This document shows, in pieces, positions 1-15,122 of a stretch of DNA of 64,000 bases; positions within the stretch are counted from its first letter, which is position 1; every line of letters begins with the position of its first letter. A program made the position numbers and the translations under genes. The DNA lies in assembly GCF_006345805.1 (NCBI RefSeq), contig NC_043008.1, forward strand, positions 32,798,001 through 32,862,000, in the 5' to 3' direction. The DNA is from Octopus sinensis (Eukaryota). The notes below the pieces were generated by a model. It made no database searches. It was not told the DNA's origin and worked only from the letters and a program-made list of their open reading frames with translations.

Positions 1-879
1 TGGTGAGCTTGATTCGGGAGAGTTGGGGTTAAACAACAAGGATTGTTTTTTTTGAAATCATCCTAATGTGAATCTATGGAACAACACAAATTTATGATGC
101 CTCACGGCGATATTCAACAGTTTGTTACTTTCAATTCTTGCTACCATACTGTTCACCGCCATTTCTTTAACTAATAGACGAGACAGAGCTAGAATAAGTG
201 AAACGAAGGCTATGTCGGTTCCTTTATCAATTTCAGAATAACAACACAGAACGTTGCCTGCACGCATATATATCAATATATTAACCACTCAACCACTACA
301 ATTTCTCTTCTTTTGTATCAAAACGTATTTTCAAGTTAAGCTGCCTTACAGTTTTGTCATTTTCTTTTTCTGAAGAAATTTTCGCTCTTACTATTGTCAT
401 ATTGTTCCTGATAAAGGCATAAGACCAACAGTTTTGAAGGGAGTGGGGCTAATCGATATAATCGATCCAACGTATAATTGAGACTTTATTTTATCAATCC
501 TAGAAGGAATGACAGGTAAACTTAAACTCGGTGGGATTTGAACTCAGAACATAAAGAAATTCCGGGAGAAATACAACAAAACCTTTTATCCAACACTCTA
601 ACTGTTGCACCAGCTCTCCACTTTTCTTATTTTGCACTATATAGAAAGGTCAGTTTATCTTTCTAGCCATCAGTTACATTTAAATATTAGCCATGCTGCT
701 TGAGTAAGACAGTCACGTATCTCACTTCCGTTTCAACCAATTAAACTATACAAGTGAAAATTAGCTGGTAGCATGTAAACATTGAATTGTTGAGAGATAT
801 TCAGAGAGGGAAAGGAAGGAACGAGGGAGAGAGAGAGATATTAACTGAATCAAGGGGAGAAAAAGAGAGAAAAAGATAG

Positions 880-1643
<764 letters not shown>

Positions 1644-2243
1644 TCAGAAAAGTGACAATGAGATGAAAGCGATATTTTTTTAAAGGAGAACGAAGCGGCA
1701 ATCTAAGATGGAGATAAAGACAGGAATCACTTTTAAATTACTCACATTACTAAAATAGTTTCATAAATAAGATTTATATATTTTTAGACAGAAAAGAGAT
1801 TGGTTAACACTTAATAACATTTGCTCTGCTTATAGTGAAGAGCATATTGAAATGTAAATCTGCAACATGCATACTAACTGGCGCCATCATCTTACCGACT
1901 TGGCTATTAGAGGGGCAATTCACATCTTTTTAGTAGAAGAAACATGTCGTGAACATCTGGTAAACATCTGAGGTTCAGAACAAAGCAACAAAAATCAAAA
2001 ACAATGAACATTATTTAACGTGTATCACGAAATTTCTGTTTATCTCTAGCATCCATCCATACATACATACATACATACATACAGACATACAGGCAGACAG
2101 ACAAATACGTATACATATATATTTACTTACATATATATTAAACACACACTTTCACACAGTGTAACTTCTCTTGATTTTGCACACACACGCACACACACAT
2201 ATATATATATGTATATACATATATATATATATATATAATATAC

Positions 2244-2277
<34 letters not shown>

Positions 2278-2418
2278 GTATATATATATAATATACATAT
2301 ATATATATATACATATATATACATATATATATACATATATATTTATGCGTGCGCGCACACACACACACGCATATATATACAGATAGACACACACGCAGGC
2401 ACACCAAGCACATATACT

Positions 2419-2449
<31 letters not shown>

Positions 2450-3115
2450 GTGTACTTGGCAAACATTTATAAGAGTGCTTAATATATGCATGTGATACAA
2501 GTGTGTAATCTCACACATCCGCAAACTCATTTACACGTATATTTGCACCCACACATACACGCACATATATCCGTGTGTGTTGATGTATGTGTGCGTGCAT
2601 GTGTGTGTGTGTGTGCGTGCGTGTGTGTGTGTGTGCGTGCGCGTGTGTGTGTGCAATTTATCTGTGCTATAGTACTTCCTTCGATGCTAATTTGGTTTAC
2701 ACCGAATAAGCACCAGCTGGTGCAATCACCTCAGACAATCAGCAAAGTAGTTAATTTTCTGAGATTCGGGAGGACACTGAGGTTGGATGAGGGTTAGAAG
2801 AAGGGGAAGGGATATCACTTAAGAGACGAGGAGAAACGAAGAAGTGAAGGCGTTACTAAAATATGAAGTAACACTTGAAACCCAATTTAGGTTTTCTACT
2901 TAATACATAAATGCCTTTAATATAGATAATATAGACCAGTACATACACACGTAAAGGTATATAAATACGTGTATGTGAGTGTGTGTAGGTGTGCGTGTGT
3001 GTGTGAGCCTATATATATATATATATAGATATGTGTGCGCAATATATGTGTATGCATATATATATGTATGTATATGTATGTATATATATATATATGTATG
3101 TATATGTATGTATAT

Positions 3116-3174
<59 letters not shown>

Positions 3175-3648
3175 TGTATAATATATATATATATATATAT
3201 GTGTGTATATATATATATAATATATATATACATGCACAGCAATTGGTTCCAGTGTTACATGCAAGACAGTGATTTCTATTTTCAAACAGCTGAGTGCGTA
3301 AAGTTCTTGAACAAAACACTTTCAAGAAATAACAGCCAAATCTTCCTTAAAATGTTTCGAATTCCAAAATGTGGCAGCTACGAGACTCAAGCATAAATGT
3401 TATCCCTATTGCCATCGGACCATTGGGTTCAATACCACCCAATCTGAAAAAAAAAACATCTGAAAACTTTAGAAATACCCTACAATCTAGATGTATTGCA
3501 AAAGTTGGCATTACTTGGAACTGCGTGCATATTGCGTAAAGTACTATTTGTCTGAGGTCCTTATGACTTGACAAATAGTACAAAACCTCGGTAGACACAA
3601 TACCTTCAATCATCAACCTCACGATATTGTATAATGCGTGACGTCTAT

Positions 3649-3687
<39 letters not shown>

Positions 3688-3896
3688 CACAATAACAATA
3701 ATTTTGGCACAAGGGTGTAAGTCGATTGCATCGACCCCAATACTCAACTAGTACTTATATTATGGACCCCGAATGACTGTAAAGTAAACTCATAATGTAA
3801 AGACGGACGAAATGCCGCTAAGCATTCTGCCCGGCGTGCTAACGATTCTGCCAGCTTGCGGCCTTAATAATAATAATAATAAAAATAATAATAATA

Positions 3897-3974
<78 letters not shown>

Positions 3975-4261
3975 GTCCTGATGTAGTACCAGGCAGTGGC
4001 TCTCGTGGCTTCTGATCTTAACTGATTGGAAGTGTTATCTTGTACATTGTTTTGTCTTCGTATACAAGAAGGCCTACAGCAAATATTCTGCTCAATACCA
4101 CAGTTATAATATATTAGAAAGAAGGCATGATTGTTTCGACCCAGGAAGAAGGAAAAGCCAACATAAAAAAAAACAAAGAAGAAGAGTTAGGCAGACAAAG
4201 TGAAACCAAGAATAACAAAAGCAGGGGATCCCGTTAGCGATACGACATTACTAATATAGTT

Positions 4262-4595
4262 TCAAAACAAGGCCAGCAGTTTTAAGGAGAGTTGGCTAGT
4301 CTATTACTTCGGCCCCAGTGCTCAAATGGTAATTATTTTATCGACCCCGAAAGGGTGAAAGGCAAAGTCGAGTTTGGTGGAATTTTAATTGAGAATGGAA
4401 AGAGCTGAATTAAATGTCGCTATGCAGTTTGTCTGATGCACTTTTAGGTTCTGAGTTCGAATTTCTCTGAGGTCGACTCTAACTTTTATGCTTTCGAGTC
4501 GTTAAAATAAGTATCAATTGAATACTGGAGTCGATAATTATAGACTAACCCACTCGCCCCTAAAATGGCTAGCCTTATGCCAAAATTTGAAACCA
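4262..4595. mobile_element. Two decayed SINE A copies in inverted orientation
   Basis: Minus copy to ~4440, plus copy from ~4441. Other decayed A copies near 415-620, 3703-3865, 6290-6492, 6540-6700, 17085-17210, 32785-32960, 44150-44510, 53190-53290. Confidence 0.6.
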
Positions 4596-4610
4596 CGACT
4601 TTACCAGTAT

Positions 4611-5007
4611 TCTTTTCTACTCTAGGCACAAGGCTCAAAGTTTTTGAGGAAGGGGCCAGTCGATTACGTCGACCCCAGTACGCAACTGGTATTTAATTTA
4701 TCGATCCCAAAGAATGAAAGACAAAGTCGACCTAAGCGGAATTTGAACTCAGAACATAAAGACAGACGAAATACCTATTTCTTTACTACCCACAAAGGGC
4801 TAAACAGAGAGGGCAAACAAGGACAGACAAACGGATTAAGTCGATTACATAGATCCCCAGTGCGTAACTGGTACTTAATTTATTGACCCCGAAAGGATGA
4901 AAGGCAAAGTCGACCTCGGCGGAATTTGAACTCAGAACGTAACGGCAGACGAAATACAGCTACGCATTTCGCCCGGCGTGCTAACGTTTCTGCCAGCTCG
5001 CCGCCTT
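4611..5007 (-). mobile_element. tRNA-derived SINE family A, internally duplicated (dimeric)
   Basis: Head aaggcggcgagctggcagaaacgttagcacgccgggcgaaatg..gttctgagttcaaattccgccgagg (A/B-box-like) plus domain gactttgcctttcatcctttcggggtc present twice. Confidence 0.85.
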
Positions 5008-5449
5008 ACCTTACCATTATTGCCGCACACAGTGTTGTGTTTTACCGGTCTTTTTGCTAATATTTTCTTAACCTTTCTCCGTCTCTATTTCTAATTTTTG
5101 TGTAATTACTAAAACAGTCCCACATTCTCATATAACAAAGGTTCATATTTCAACTCCCAATTTATATTAAGAACATCTCTCTACGTTGTAACATCGAGTT
5201 TCAGTCACACAACACAGTCTCAATTCATCTTCAATAATTGACAAGTAAATTGAGCAGTGAAAAATATATTTCCTTTCATTTTTAATTTAGTTATTTATTT
5301 ATTTTTTTAATTCACATTTAACGTTGGACTTTTTTTCTCGTTTTATTGTTTTATCGTATTTGTTTCATTTGTTCGATAATATTATTTCTCAGAAGATCAT
5401 TTCAAAGACAGAAGAATGTCAGAATATGAAGATGTAGAATCTCATTAAA

Positions 5450-5885
5450 ATGTTTTGCTATATTTGGTTAATATACTTTTAGCCAGCATAGTATTTCGTT
5501 CTATATTAAGTTAATGTTGTATTTAATGTAGTAATTAATACAATATTTAGTTAATGATGTATTTAGTTAATTCCATTTTTAGCCAACATAGTATTTAATT
5601 GATGCTACATTTAATGACATTTAATTAAAGTTATGCTTAATGATGTATCTTAATATATTTCATATAATATTTAAATAATACCATATAGTTAGCTAATATA
5701 GTATTTAATTAGTACTGTTTTAGTGTACATAGTATTTAGCTAATGCCGTATTTAACATAGTATTTCGCCAATGTACCGTTTAGTTAATACCACATATAGT
5801 TAACATAGTTTTTAGTAATTGCTACGTTTAGTCAATGTAGTATTCAGTTAATGCTGCATTTAGTCAATATCGTATTTAATTATCA
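5450..5885. repeat. Decayed AT-rich minisatellite
   Basis: Recurrent agtatttagttaat / gcatttagtcaa / aacatagtattt variants. Confidence 0.6.
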
Positions 5886-6947
5886 TAATTGAGTGTTCCT
5901 ATCTCTAAATAGCATACCTGTATTGTGTTAGTTAGAAATGGATAGTTGAATCATATACTGTGTGTTTATTTGTCATTCTGTCGCTTAAACACAGATGGTT
6001 AAGTGCCAAAGTATTAAGAAGTACCGGATCAAAATTCCTAGCCAATTTTTTCATCTTCACGTTCTCTGTCCAACTCACTCCAAGATCGATTTTGATTTTC
6101 AGTATTTTGTGAGTCAGTAAAATTATGCCCAATCTAGTACCGAAATCAATAAAACCGATCACTCCTTGCCACAAATGGTGTACTAATAATACACAAGTCA
6201 GATTATTCCATGTACTGGAGTTGATATAATAAACTGTTAACTCCTCCCTCGCACTAAATTATCAGCTTCGTTCTTATATTGAGTTTCAAATGGCTTAAGG
6301 CCAGCAATTTCGAGGGAGGGGCTAGTCGATTGCGTCGACCCCAGTACTCAATTGGTGCTTACTTTATCGACTGCAAAAGGATGAATGGCAAAGTCGAACC
6401 CAACGGGATTTGAACTCAGAACATAAGGACAGTAGAAATGCTGCTAAGCATTTTGCCCGGCGTGCTAACAATTCTGCCAGCTCGCCGCCTTGGCTTCGAT
6501 CTTATATTAGACATCATTATTATAGTTACTGTATAAGACAGCAAGCTGGCAGAATCGTTAGCACTCCAAACAAAATGTTTTGAGCCATTTCTTCCAAATT
6601 AACATTTTGAGGTCAAATTCTACCGAGGCCGATTTTGTCTTTCTTCCTTTCATCCCGCCCCTAAAACTTTCAGGCCTAGTATCTATAGTAGAAAGAATAA
6701 TTCTAATTAGTGTGGTAGTTGCCATTAAATGACGTACATCATTTAAGAATTTTTCCAGTATTTGATTGGTATTTTATTTATTGACCCTACCCAACCTCGA
6801 CCTTATAGTACAGATAGCTGAAAACACTACTACCTCTGCCAATTCGCACCTAATCCTTCACTGACCATTAAAATAAGGAAGCAAACACTCCTATAATTTG
6901 GTGGGGCTGTGAGCCCTAGTAATAAAAAAAATTTGTTTGGCGTGGGT

Positions 6948-7184
6948 AAGGTGGCGAGCTGGCAGAATTGTTAGCACGCCGGGCGAAATGCGTAGCCATA
7001 TTTCGTCTGCCGTTACGCTCTGAGTTCAAATTCCGCCGAGGTCGACTTTGCCTTTCATCCTTTCGGGGTCGATAAATTAAGTACCAGTTACGCACTAGGG
7101 TCAGTGTAATTGACTTGATCTGTTTGTCTGTCCTTGTTTGTCCCCTCTGTGTTTAGCCCCTTGTGGGTAGTAAAGAAATAGGTA
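6948..7184 (+). mobile_element. SINE family A, monomer
   Basis: Same head, domain and tail ...gtttagccccttgtgggtagtaaagaaataggta. Confidence 0.85.
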
Positions 7185-9837
7185 CTCTAAAGCAAGCTTC
7201 CAATATCTGAGAGTTTTGATGTCTTTCTGTAAGCTGTTAGCATTCAGATTGCTCTGTCAAATGTAACGTTTATTTATTTGTATTGATTTTAATTAATCAT
7301 GCATTATCTCGTAGCTTCGAGATTTTGCTAATTGTTTATTTTTACAATGGCATTTTAGGGTAGGCACGAGAGGTTGGATTTGGCAGGCTGGAACATAAAT
7401 ATGTAGGCCCGATATGACCGGTTTAAATACTAAAAGGCAATATATTTGCTGGAAAATACTGCTTCCAATCTAATTTACTCACGTGTCTCTTTGTGGTTTT
7501 ATTTTATAGCCAGTAAAAGAAATATGTAAACTTCTACAAATGTTCATACGCAGGAAAATCAAAACAAGGGCAGTATAAACATCGACAAGTTATAGTTTAG
7601 TCTAACCCAAGGTCAGTCTTGATCGAGCAGAAAATCTTCAAAAGTATTATAGCTATAACTATCCTGTCTTTTTAAGAGTGTTTGTGACTCCCTTATCCAA
7701 AGTCCTTTCTTTGATGTTGGTTTGTTTACGTCCCCGTAAACTAGCCGTTCGGCAAAAGAGACCGATGAAATAAGCACCAAACTTTAAAGGTTGATTCGTT
7801 TGACTAAAATCCTTCAAGTCGACCCCAGTATGATAACAGTCCAATGAACGAAACAAATAAAAAACAAGGACGTTGAATCGACAGAATATTATGTGCACCT
7901 AATCCGTGTATTCGGAAACTACTCTACGGCAAATATTCGGATCAGACCTGTCCTGTTCGAGGATAACTGCTTCCCTTTCTCCCAACAATCTTAGCCGTCC
8001 AGAAACTTATAGATACTGCCCCCCACCATAACTAAACAATTAAAAAGGACTATAAGAATCTCTTGAGTGCTGAGCAAAATGTCTTGAATTTAGCTTTTGG
8101 TTTCGAATTTCATGGAGACGAACTCTACTCTTCATTCTGTCAGAGTACTGAAATAAGTACTTAAGAAGTACTTGGGTCAGTTTAATCTATCTTGGTTTAT
8201 TGGTTCTCTCTTCAAAATTTTCTTGTTTGAGAATGATTTAAGTGCACATAATCTATTGAAAGAAAACAATTATAAATGAACAGTTTAGAGTTCAAAGAGA
8301 GTTGCGTGACTAAATCGTTTGCCATCCAGATAAATATAGTGTCAGGGGTTCGATCTCTATAGTCGACGACATATGTTAATACCATGTGAGTTAAATGTGG
8401 TAAACGGCTATTGTATATGAACACTTTTTGTGTATACATACACACACGCACGCACACACACGCGCGCGCATGCGCACAGACAAAATGGCAGACACACTTA
8501 CACACACACGTATATATAAATATATCGGTGTAGTAAAAGTATATCATAATATGTTTTACAGTGCAAACATCCTTTGATATAGCGTTCAAAACGTTGAGTA
8601 GAGTGGATAGATATGTATATTATCTCAAATGTTTACAGTCTAGTCCGGGTTTCACCTTCGGCTGGGTTCTTTATGACTGCCATGACCTGCAAAATACTGA
8701 GCGGAACTGGGTAGACTGCCAACTCTTAATGTAAGCACACACTCAAACATGTATGTGCGTGTGTGTATGTATGTATGTATGTATGTATGTATGTATGTAC
8801 GTACGTACGTATGTATGTATGTATGTATGTATGTATGTATGTATGTATGTATGTATGTATGTATGTATGTATAAAATACTTACGGAAATTTTGATGAAAC
8901 TGACTTCGAAAATTGTGTTTCGCAAAGCCGGCAATGGCGAAATCTCAAAGCAAATGCATTAGTATTGAACCTTTTATACTGTAGTGGACGTTAGTACACA
9001 TATTTATAAAACAAGAGATTTTACATACACACACACACGCCACACTACACACACATACATATCAATACACACATCTACACACGCATACACATATATACAC
9101 ACATATCCACACACACATGCACATATTGCACATTTGTAAGCAATTTCCAATAAATCGGCGCACTCAAGAAAAATAGTTAAGTCACTTTACACTGAAGTGC
9201 AGTTGAACTTATCGATCTCTTACGAGTATATCTATATATTCGACAAGTAAATTAATGCACAAAGCCTGAAGATGCTGCCCCAGCTTGGTCGCAAGCCAAA
9301 ATCTGAAAGAAGTGATATAATGGGTTGATTTCTTATCACTTCATAGTCTAACTGTTTTAATGCATTTGATCGTTTACAGACATTACTTAAAATCGGTCTT
9401 ATATAATTGATGTAGGTAGAAACTTTTACACGCTCACATATACACATCGACGTACAATATTGTAGTAGACACTTGCAGAAAGCCCCACGCAGTGGGACTG
9501 AGCCCAGAACCATGTGGTTGGGAAGCAAGCTTCTAAACGCATACACGGTATTACGTTTACAATAAGCAGTAAGTTAGTAGCATTATGCAATATGTCTAGT
9601 ACAGAATATAACTTAATAAACGTATGTATTACGTTTATTACGTTAACAAGCTTTCCATTATGTTAACTTTCTTGCCCCCACCCCACCCTTCTCGCTTAAG
9701 AAAACTTTCATAAATATTGCTAGAATGAAAGGAGAAATAATGAATGGTATTGAAATACAGGAAGCTTCTTGGTTATTATAATGAATGACGAGAGTTATGG
9801 AGAGAAGAGAGACAGAGAGCATGTGTGTGTGTCTGTG

Positions 9838-9900
<63 letters not shown>

Positions 9901-9926
9901 AAGGGTGAAAAGGAACACACGAGTTG

Positions 9927-10018
9927 ATATATATGAAAAAACAAGTAAAAAATAGAAAATGCTAACACTATAAAATTATTTTAGCATTTTCTATTTTTTA
10001 CTTGTTTTTTCATATATA

Positions 10019-10019
<1 letters not shown>
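9927..10019. repeat. Perfect 39-bp inverted repeat, 15-nt spacer, running into (TA)n
   Basis: atatatatgaaaaaacaagtaaaaaatagaaaatgctaa / ttagcattttctattttttacttgttttttcatatatat. Confidence 0.9.
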
Positions 10020-10080
<61 letters not shown>

Positions 10081-10916
10081 TGTATGTGTGTGAGTGTGTG
10101 TGGTTCATGCTCTAGCGTTTATTAATCGGTTTCAGATTATGTGTGAACGCGCGCACTGGAAGAGCCTGCCTGAGAAGCTGCTCTTCCCGGAGGCAGTGAG
10201 CGTGCGCGAAAGACAATTCGCTTCAGCTTAAAGTTGTCAATAACTCGAAATTAAAAGAAAAAAAAAGAGAAAATACTAATAAACACATAAATAAATAAAT
10301 ATTAAAGTACATATCGTTAAGCTTCTGTCTCTTCCTCGCTATTAACTCGGATTAAAAGCTTTTCCCTCGGGTCTTTAACGTGGCTAATTCTAATTCACGT
10401 TTAAGCCGTGAAAGATGTACAGTGATGTACAACACTGTGTTCACGTAGAAATGACTAGATAACATAATGATAATTTTGAGGATAAATGTTAATAACCATA
10501 ACTGCACTTTGTTGGTGCAGCACAGGTTAAGTTTCCACACCTGTAAAGTTGATTTATTTTGGCTCGTGAAGAACAAATGACGAGAAAGTGTTTCTGTATG
10601 GATTTCATGAGTAAACAAAGCTACTGACTTGTATCTTTTTGTTTCGGTTATCACACTGTGGCCATGTTCGAGCACCACCTTAAAGTGTTTAGTCGAGCAA
10701 ATTGACACCAGAACTTTGTTTTAAAATCTAGTACTTATTCTATCTGTCACCTTTTGCCCAACCGCTAAGTTCTGGATACATAAACGCCGAGGAGGGAATT
10801 TGCAGGTTAGGTTCAGTGACGAAGGAACCACTTCCTTGTTGGCTTGTCTAATCTTAGTATTTTCCTTGGGATAGGATTCTATTACAAATCGCATGCACTC
10901 ACATAATGTCTGTATA

Positions 10917-10957
<41 letters not shown>

Positions 10958-11402
10958 TTATGTTTATTTATTTATTTATTTATACACACACATATACGTA
11001 TACATATGTGTGTGTGTGTGTGTATGCAGACATTATGTGAGCGCCTGCGCGTTTGTAATGAAATCCTATCCAAAGGAAAATATTAAAATTACACAAGCCA
11101 ACAAGGAAGAGGCTTCTTCGTCACACAACCTAGCCTGCAAATTTTCTCCTCAAATCTTACCCTACCGTGATAAAATAAAAGAGGAACAAACACACACACA
11201 CATATACGACAAGCTTCCATACAGTTTCATCAACCAAATCCATTCACAAGGCTTTGGTGCCCAAGGTGACGTGCAGTGGGACTGAACCCGGAAGCATGTT
11301 TGTCCGTGCTTTACCAGTAAGGTACCCGGCATAAACCATTCGTTTTATTATCCATTATACATATATACATATATATGTGTGTGTGTGTGTGTGGTGTGTG
11401 TG

Positions 11403-11814
11403 TGTGAAGTATATTTGCCACTTAAATGTGGCTAAGCACTAAAGGTGGATGCTACTGTAGCTTGTAGCCCCAGAACATATTCTCCAGTTGGCTATTGATA
11501 CACTTTCTTGTTTACACTTTTCCAAGATCAGTGACTTTTCGTCACTGGAAAAAGGATATATGTATTTGCATTGGGACCCCTTCGCATCGAAGACCGGTGA
11601 TTGTCGTGCGCTGACGACGGATAAATATTCAGAAACCCGGGTCTGTGCGTATCACGTCAGGTCGACGATGGGAAGGATGGCTTCCCTTTGCAAATGCTAA
11701 CAGGGCACAGAAAATGTGTCAATAGCCAACTGGAGATGTTCTCCTGGGGCTACAAGCTACAGTAGCATCCACTCTTAGTGGTTAGCCACATTTAAGTGGC
11801 AAATATACTTCACA
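11403..11814. mobile_element. Fold-back element with ~106-bp inverted arms (11403-11508 / 11709-11814) and a hammerhead motif in the spacer
   Basis: tgtgaagtatatttgccacttaaatgtggctaa...ctccagttggctattga is mirrored by tcaatagccaactggag...ttagccacatttaagtggcaaatatacttcaca with few mismatches. Confidence 0.85.
11606..11648 (+). ncRNA. Type I hammerhead-like motif
   Basis: GUGCG-CUGACGA-CGGAU[AAAU]AUUCA-GAAAC-CCGG-GUC^UGUGC. Intact core, palindromic ACCCGGGU stem III, stem I with three G.U pairs, C.A mismatch at the base of stem II. Confidence 0.6.
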
Positions 11815-11859
11815 TTGTCGTGCAGCTACTGTTTATACCTCGTTCAGAGATTTATTACA

Positions 11860-11990
11860 TATATATATATTAGGCTGACGCTCAGTTAAAGATGGAAAAA
11901 GACTGGGTGTGTGACGTTTCGCGGATGGCTCTTCGTCAGAAAGTCGAAAGAGAAAAGGTCCGGAGAGAAAAGAAAGAATAGTCCGAGTAA
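11860..11990 (-). mobile_element. Short element of the CTGNCGAAGAG...GAAACGT...GAGCGTC family with a degenerate HHR-like core (11913-11939)
   Basis: Minus strand: tttCTGACGAagagccatccgcGAAACGTC...tctttttcc...tgagcgtc; same motif order as the 36520 and 43140 copies. Confidence 0.5.
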
Positions 11991-12668
11991 ATTTGTAACA
12001 TTGTGTATAGATAAATATATCATTCAAATGAATTTAGACAGTCAGATTTTCACATTTTAATTTTTGATTTCATCTTTCCATAAGTACGTTAATGTTTTAT
12101 CACATTTCAGATAAAAGTATACGTTGAGGCATTAACAAACTAGAATAGCATCGCTGTATATAAAAGTGGAAATAATCTGAAACCATTTATATAGCGGCAT
12201 TAACAAACTGAATATGACATTACTGTATTGTTTCTAATTTACTATTGTGCAAATCTATATAGTCTGTTAACGACAATACGCATGCATTAACCTGAAGCGT
12301 GTTGTAAAACATGAAAGTACTTGTAAAGGTTTAAAAATACACAAATAGCATTGAAAAGATCGAACTGTCACTAATGTGTGTTTATGTATACACGTGCATA
12401 CGTGTGTGTGCGCACGTGCACATCATTAGCGCCGTATTTCTTCTGCCTGTTAGTTGAAGTGAAAACCACACACAGGTTCAACTGATTGCTACAGTTACAT
12501 CATTGACGTTACTTGTATTTCAGTTAATAAATTCTGTCTGACGCACGAGATATTCCAATATTCCAACTGCGATCCTGTTATATTAGCATATCAACTCACA
12601 ACTAATGAATCATCTTCCTGTTCATTTTATAATTATTTACTAGATTTTATAAACATCTCTTCCTCATA

Positions 12669-12743
<75 letters not shown>

Positions 12744-12777
12744 CTGTGCGTGTTTATATATATGTATATTTGTATGA

Positions 12778-12822
<45 letters not shown>

Positions 12823-12929
12823 TATATAGATACACATATGTATGTATGAAAAATATATACATTTGTGTGTATATATATATACGTATGTATATATATATAT
12901 ACGTATGTATATATATATATAATATATAT

Positions 12930-12961
<32 letters not shown>

Positions 12962-14354
12962 ATATATATATGGAGAGAGAGAGAGAGAGAGAGAGCATGT
13001 GTTTGTATGTTTGCATGTACCCATAATCAGTGGTATATCTTCATATATTCATGTCTGTCAAAAGATATCCGCTAGCCTGCAGATATGCAATTGCATACAC
13101 TAAATTAACGAGTGTCGTTACTAGTGTTTTTCTTTGCCATTCATTATTTCTTATACGTTCTTATCGAATGGTGCTCTATATTCTAATGTATGTTCAGAAC
13201 ACTACCTTATCTTGCTAGTCCATCAGTTGCTTCTCACCTTGTCTTTTCTGTTGCTTTGGAGTTTGTTAACAAACCAACTTCTCTTCTTGCGTGTCCGACC
13301 TTCTTGTGCTACAGTATCTCTACGATCTAACGAGCAAACTTATGTGGGAATGAATAAGTAAGGATAAGCTAACGTCTTTACTCTTTCATTGTAGTCATGT
13401 AATTTACACACAGATCAATAATAACATTACATCCAACAACTTCAACAACCCCTAGCCGCAGAAATGGTTTCTATGCAATCGCCAGGTCTACCAGAAACAT
13501 CAGATCTTTCATTTCCTTGAAAGCACACACTTCATTCTAATTTGGAAATTACATACGAGGTAATGTAATTCTAGATACATTATGTTTGTTGTTGTCCCAA
13601 TTTCGAATTGGAGTAACGGAATTACTTCAGCACAAATCACATCAACTTCAAACTGATGAATGAATTACTTATCTAGCACAGGGATATTGAAATATACGAG
13701 ATGGTGAACGAGAGGTTCTAAGATGTCGTTATAAGCTACGGACCCTCGGTTTATTTTATGAGAACATCTGTCTCTGAGAAAGGTTGATACAGCTCCTTAA
13801 AAGTGGTGGAGGTGACCTGTATGCATGACTAAGCAGTGTTGTGTATGGGTCCAGAAAGAGCAAAGCTCAGGGAGTACACTACAACAGAAAAACAATTAGT
13901 AACGGTTACATTTAGGACTATTTGTAACAGGTGAGATATCTAGCAACATCCTGCACTTGAGAGACGGTATCAATCGACTTGAGTCATCATTGCCACTGGA
14001 TCTATCTTCTTTAGTAATACTGGGGAATGTGTCCTCCACTCTTAATACCGTTCTAAGACACAATAGTGCTAGTATCTTCTCTCGCAATGCGGACCATGAA
14101 TGTGGGATCTCGGGTTGGGGACGGGCTATCGTTATGGAGATCAGGATATTACATATGTCCACGGTGGTGAAATAATTCTATTTCCGTAGTTTCTTCATTC
14201 GTGAGCGCACGCGGTGAGGTGTGTAGCACAAACGCGCAGTCAAGATTCACCGGTCATTAGTAAGGCTTCATCCTCTGTCGGTGGTGCTTCTTAAAAACTA
14301 CTTTCATCAACTGAAGATGACCATCCTCTAGTTCTATGGTTAGCAAGAAATATA

Positions 14355-14806
<452 letters not shown>

Positions 14807-15122
14807 AACGTGTATGTGCGTGCATACGTTTCCTCCGTGAAAGAAGTAAACACTCGTCTACTCCATATATAACATTATGAGTCAACAACTTTCTCGGCCA
14901 TAACAATCTCTACGTATCCTGAAAACGAAAGTTCTTGAAGCGTAATCCTGAATCAATTTTTACACTTCTTCTAAGTATGTTTACAATTATATATCATAGT
15001 TTTTTCACATACATTGTGACGCATAATTAAATAAAATAAATTAAGATCAGGGCTTGAACATGTTTCTCGAAGCTATCAACTCCTTCGAGGTACCTAAAGT
15101 TTGCAAAATAAAGGTTTCGCTA

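Noticed and set aside
58-288. 76-aa minus ORF at the window start
   Set aside because: No recognisable similarity or convincing splice pair.
6948-7030. tRNA-like A/B boxes in SINE heads
   Set aside because: No complete cloverleaf; followed by SINE body, so not tRNA genes.
13896-14175. Overlapping 88-aa (-) and 72-aa (+) ORFs in unique DNA; possible 15-nt microexon 13916-13930
   Set aside because: No recognisable domain and a weak polypyrimidine tract; would need RNA-seq.
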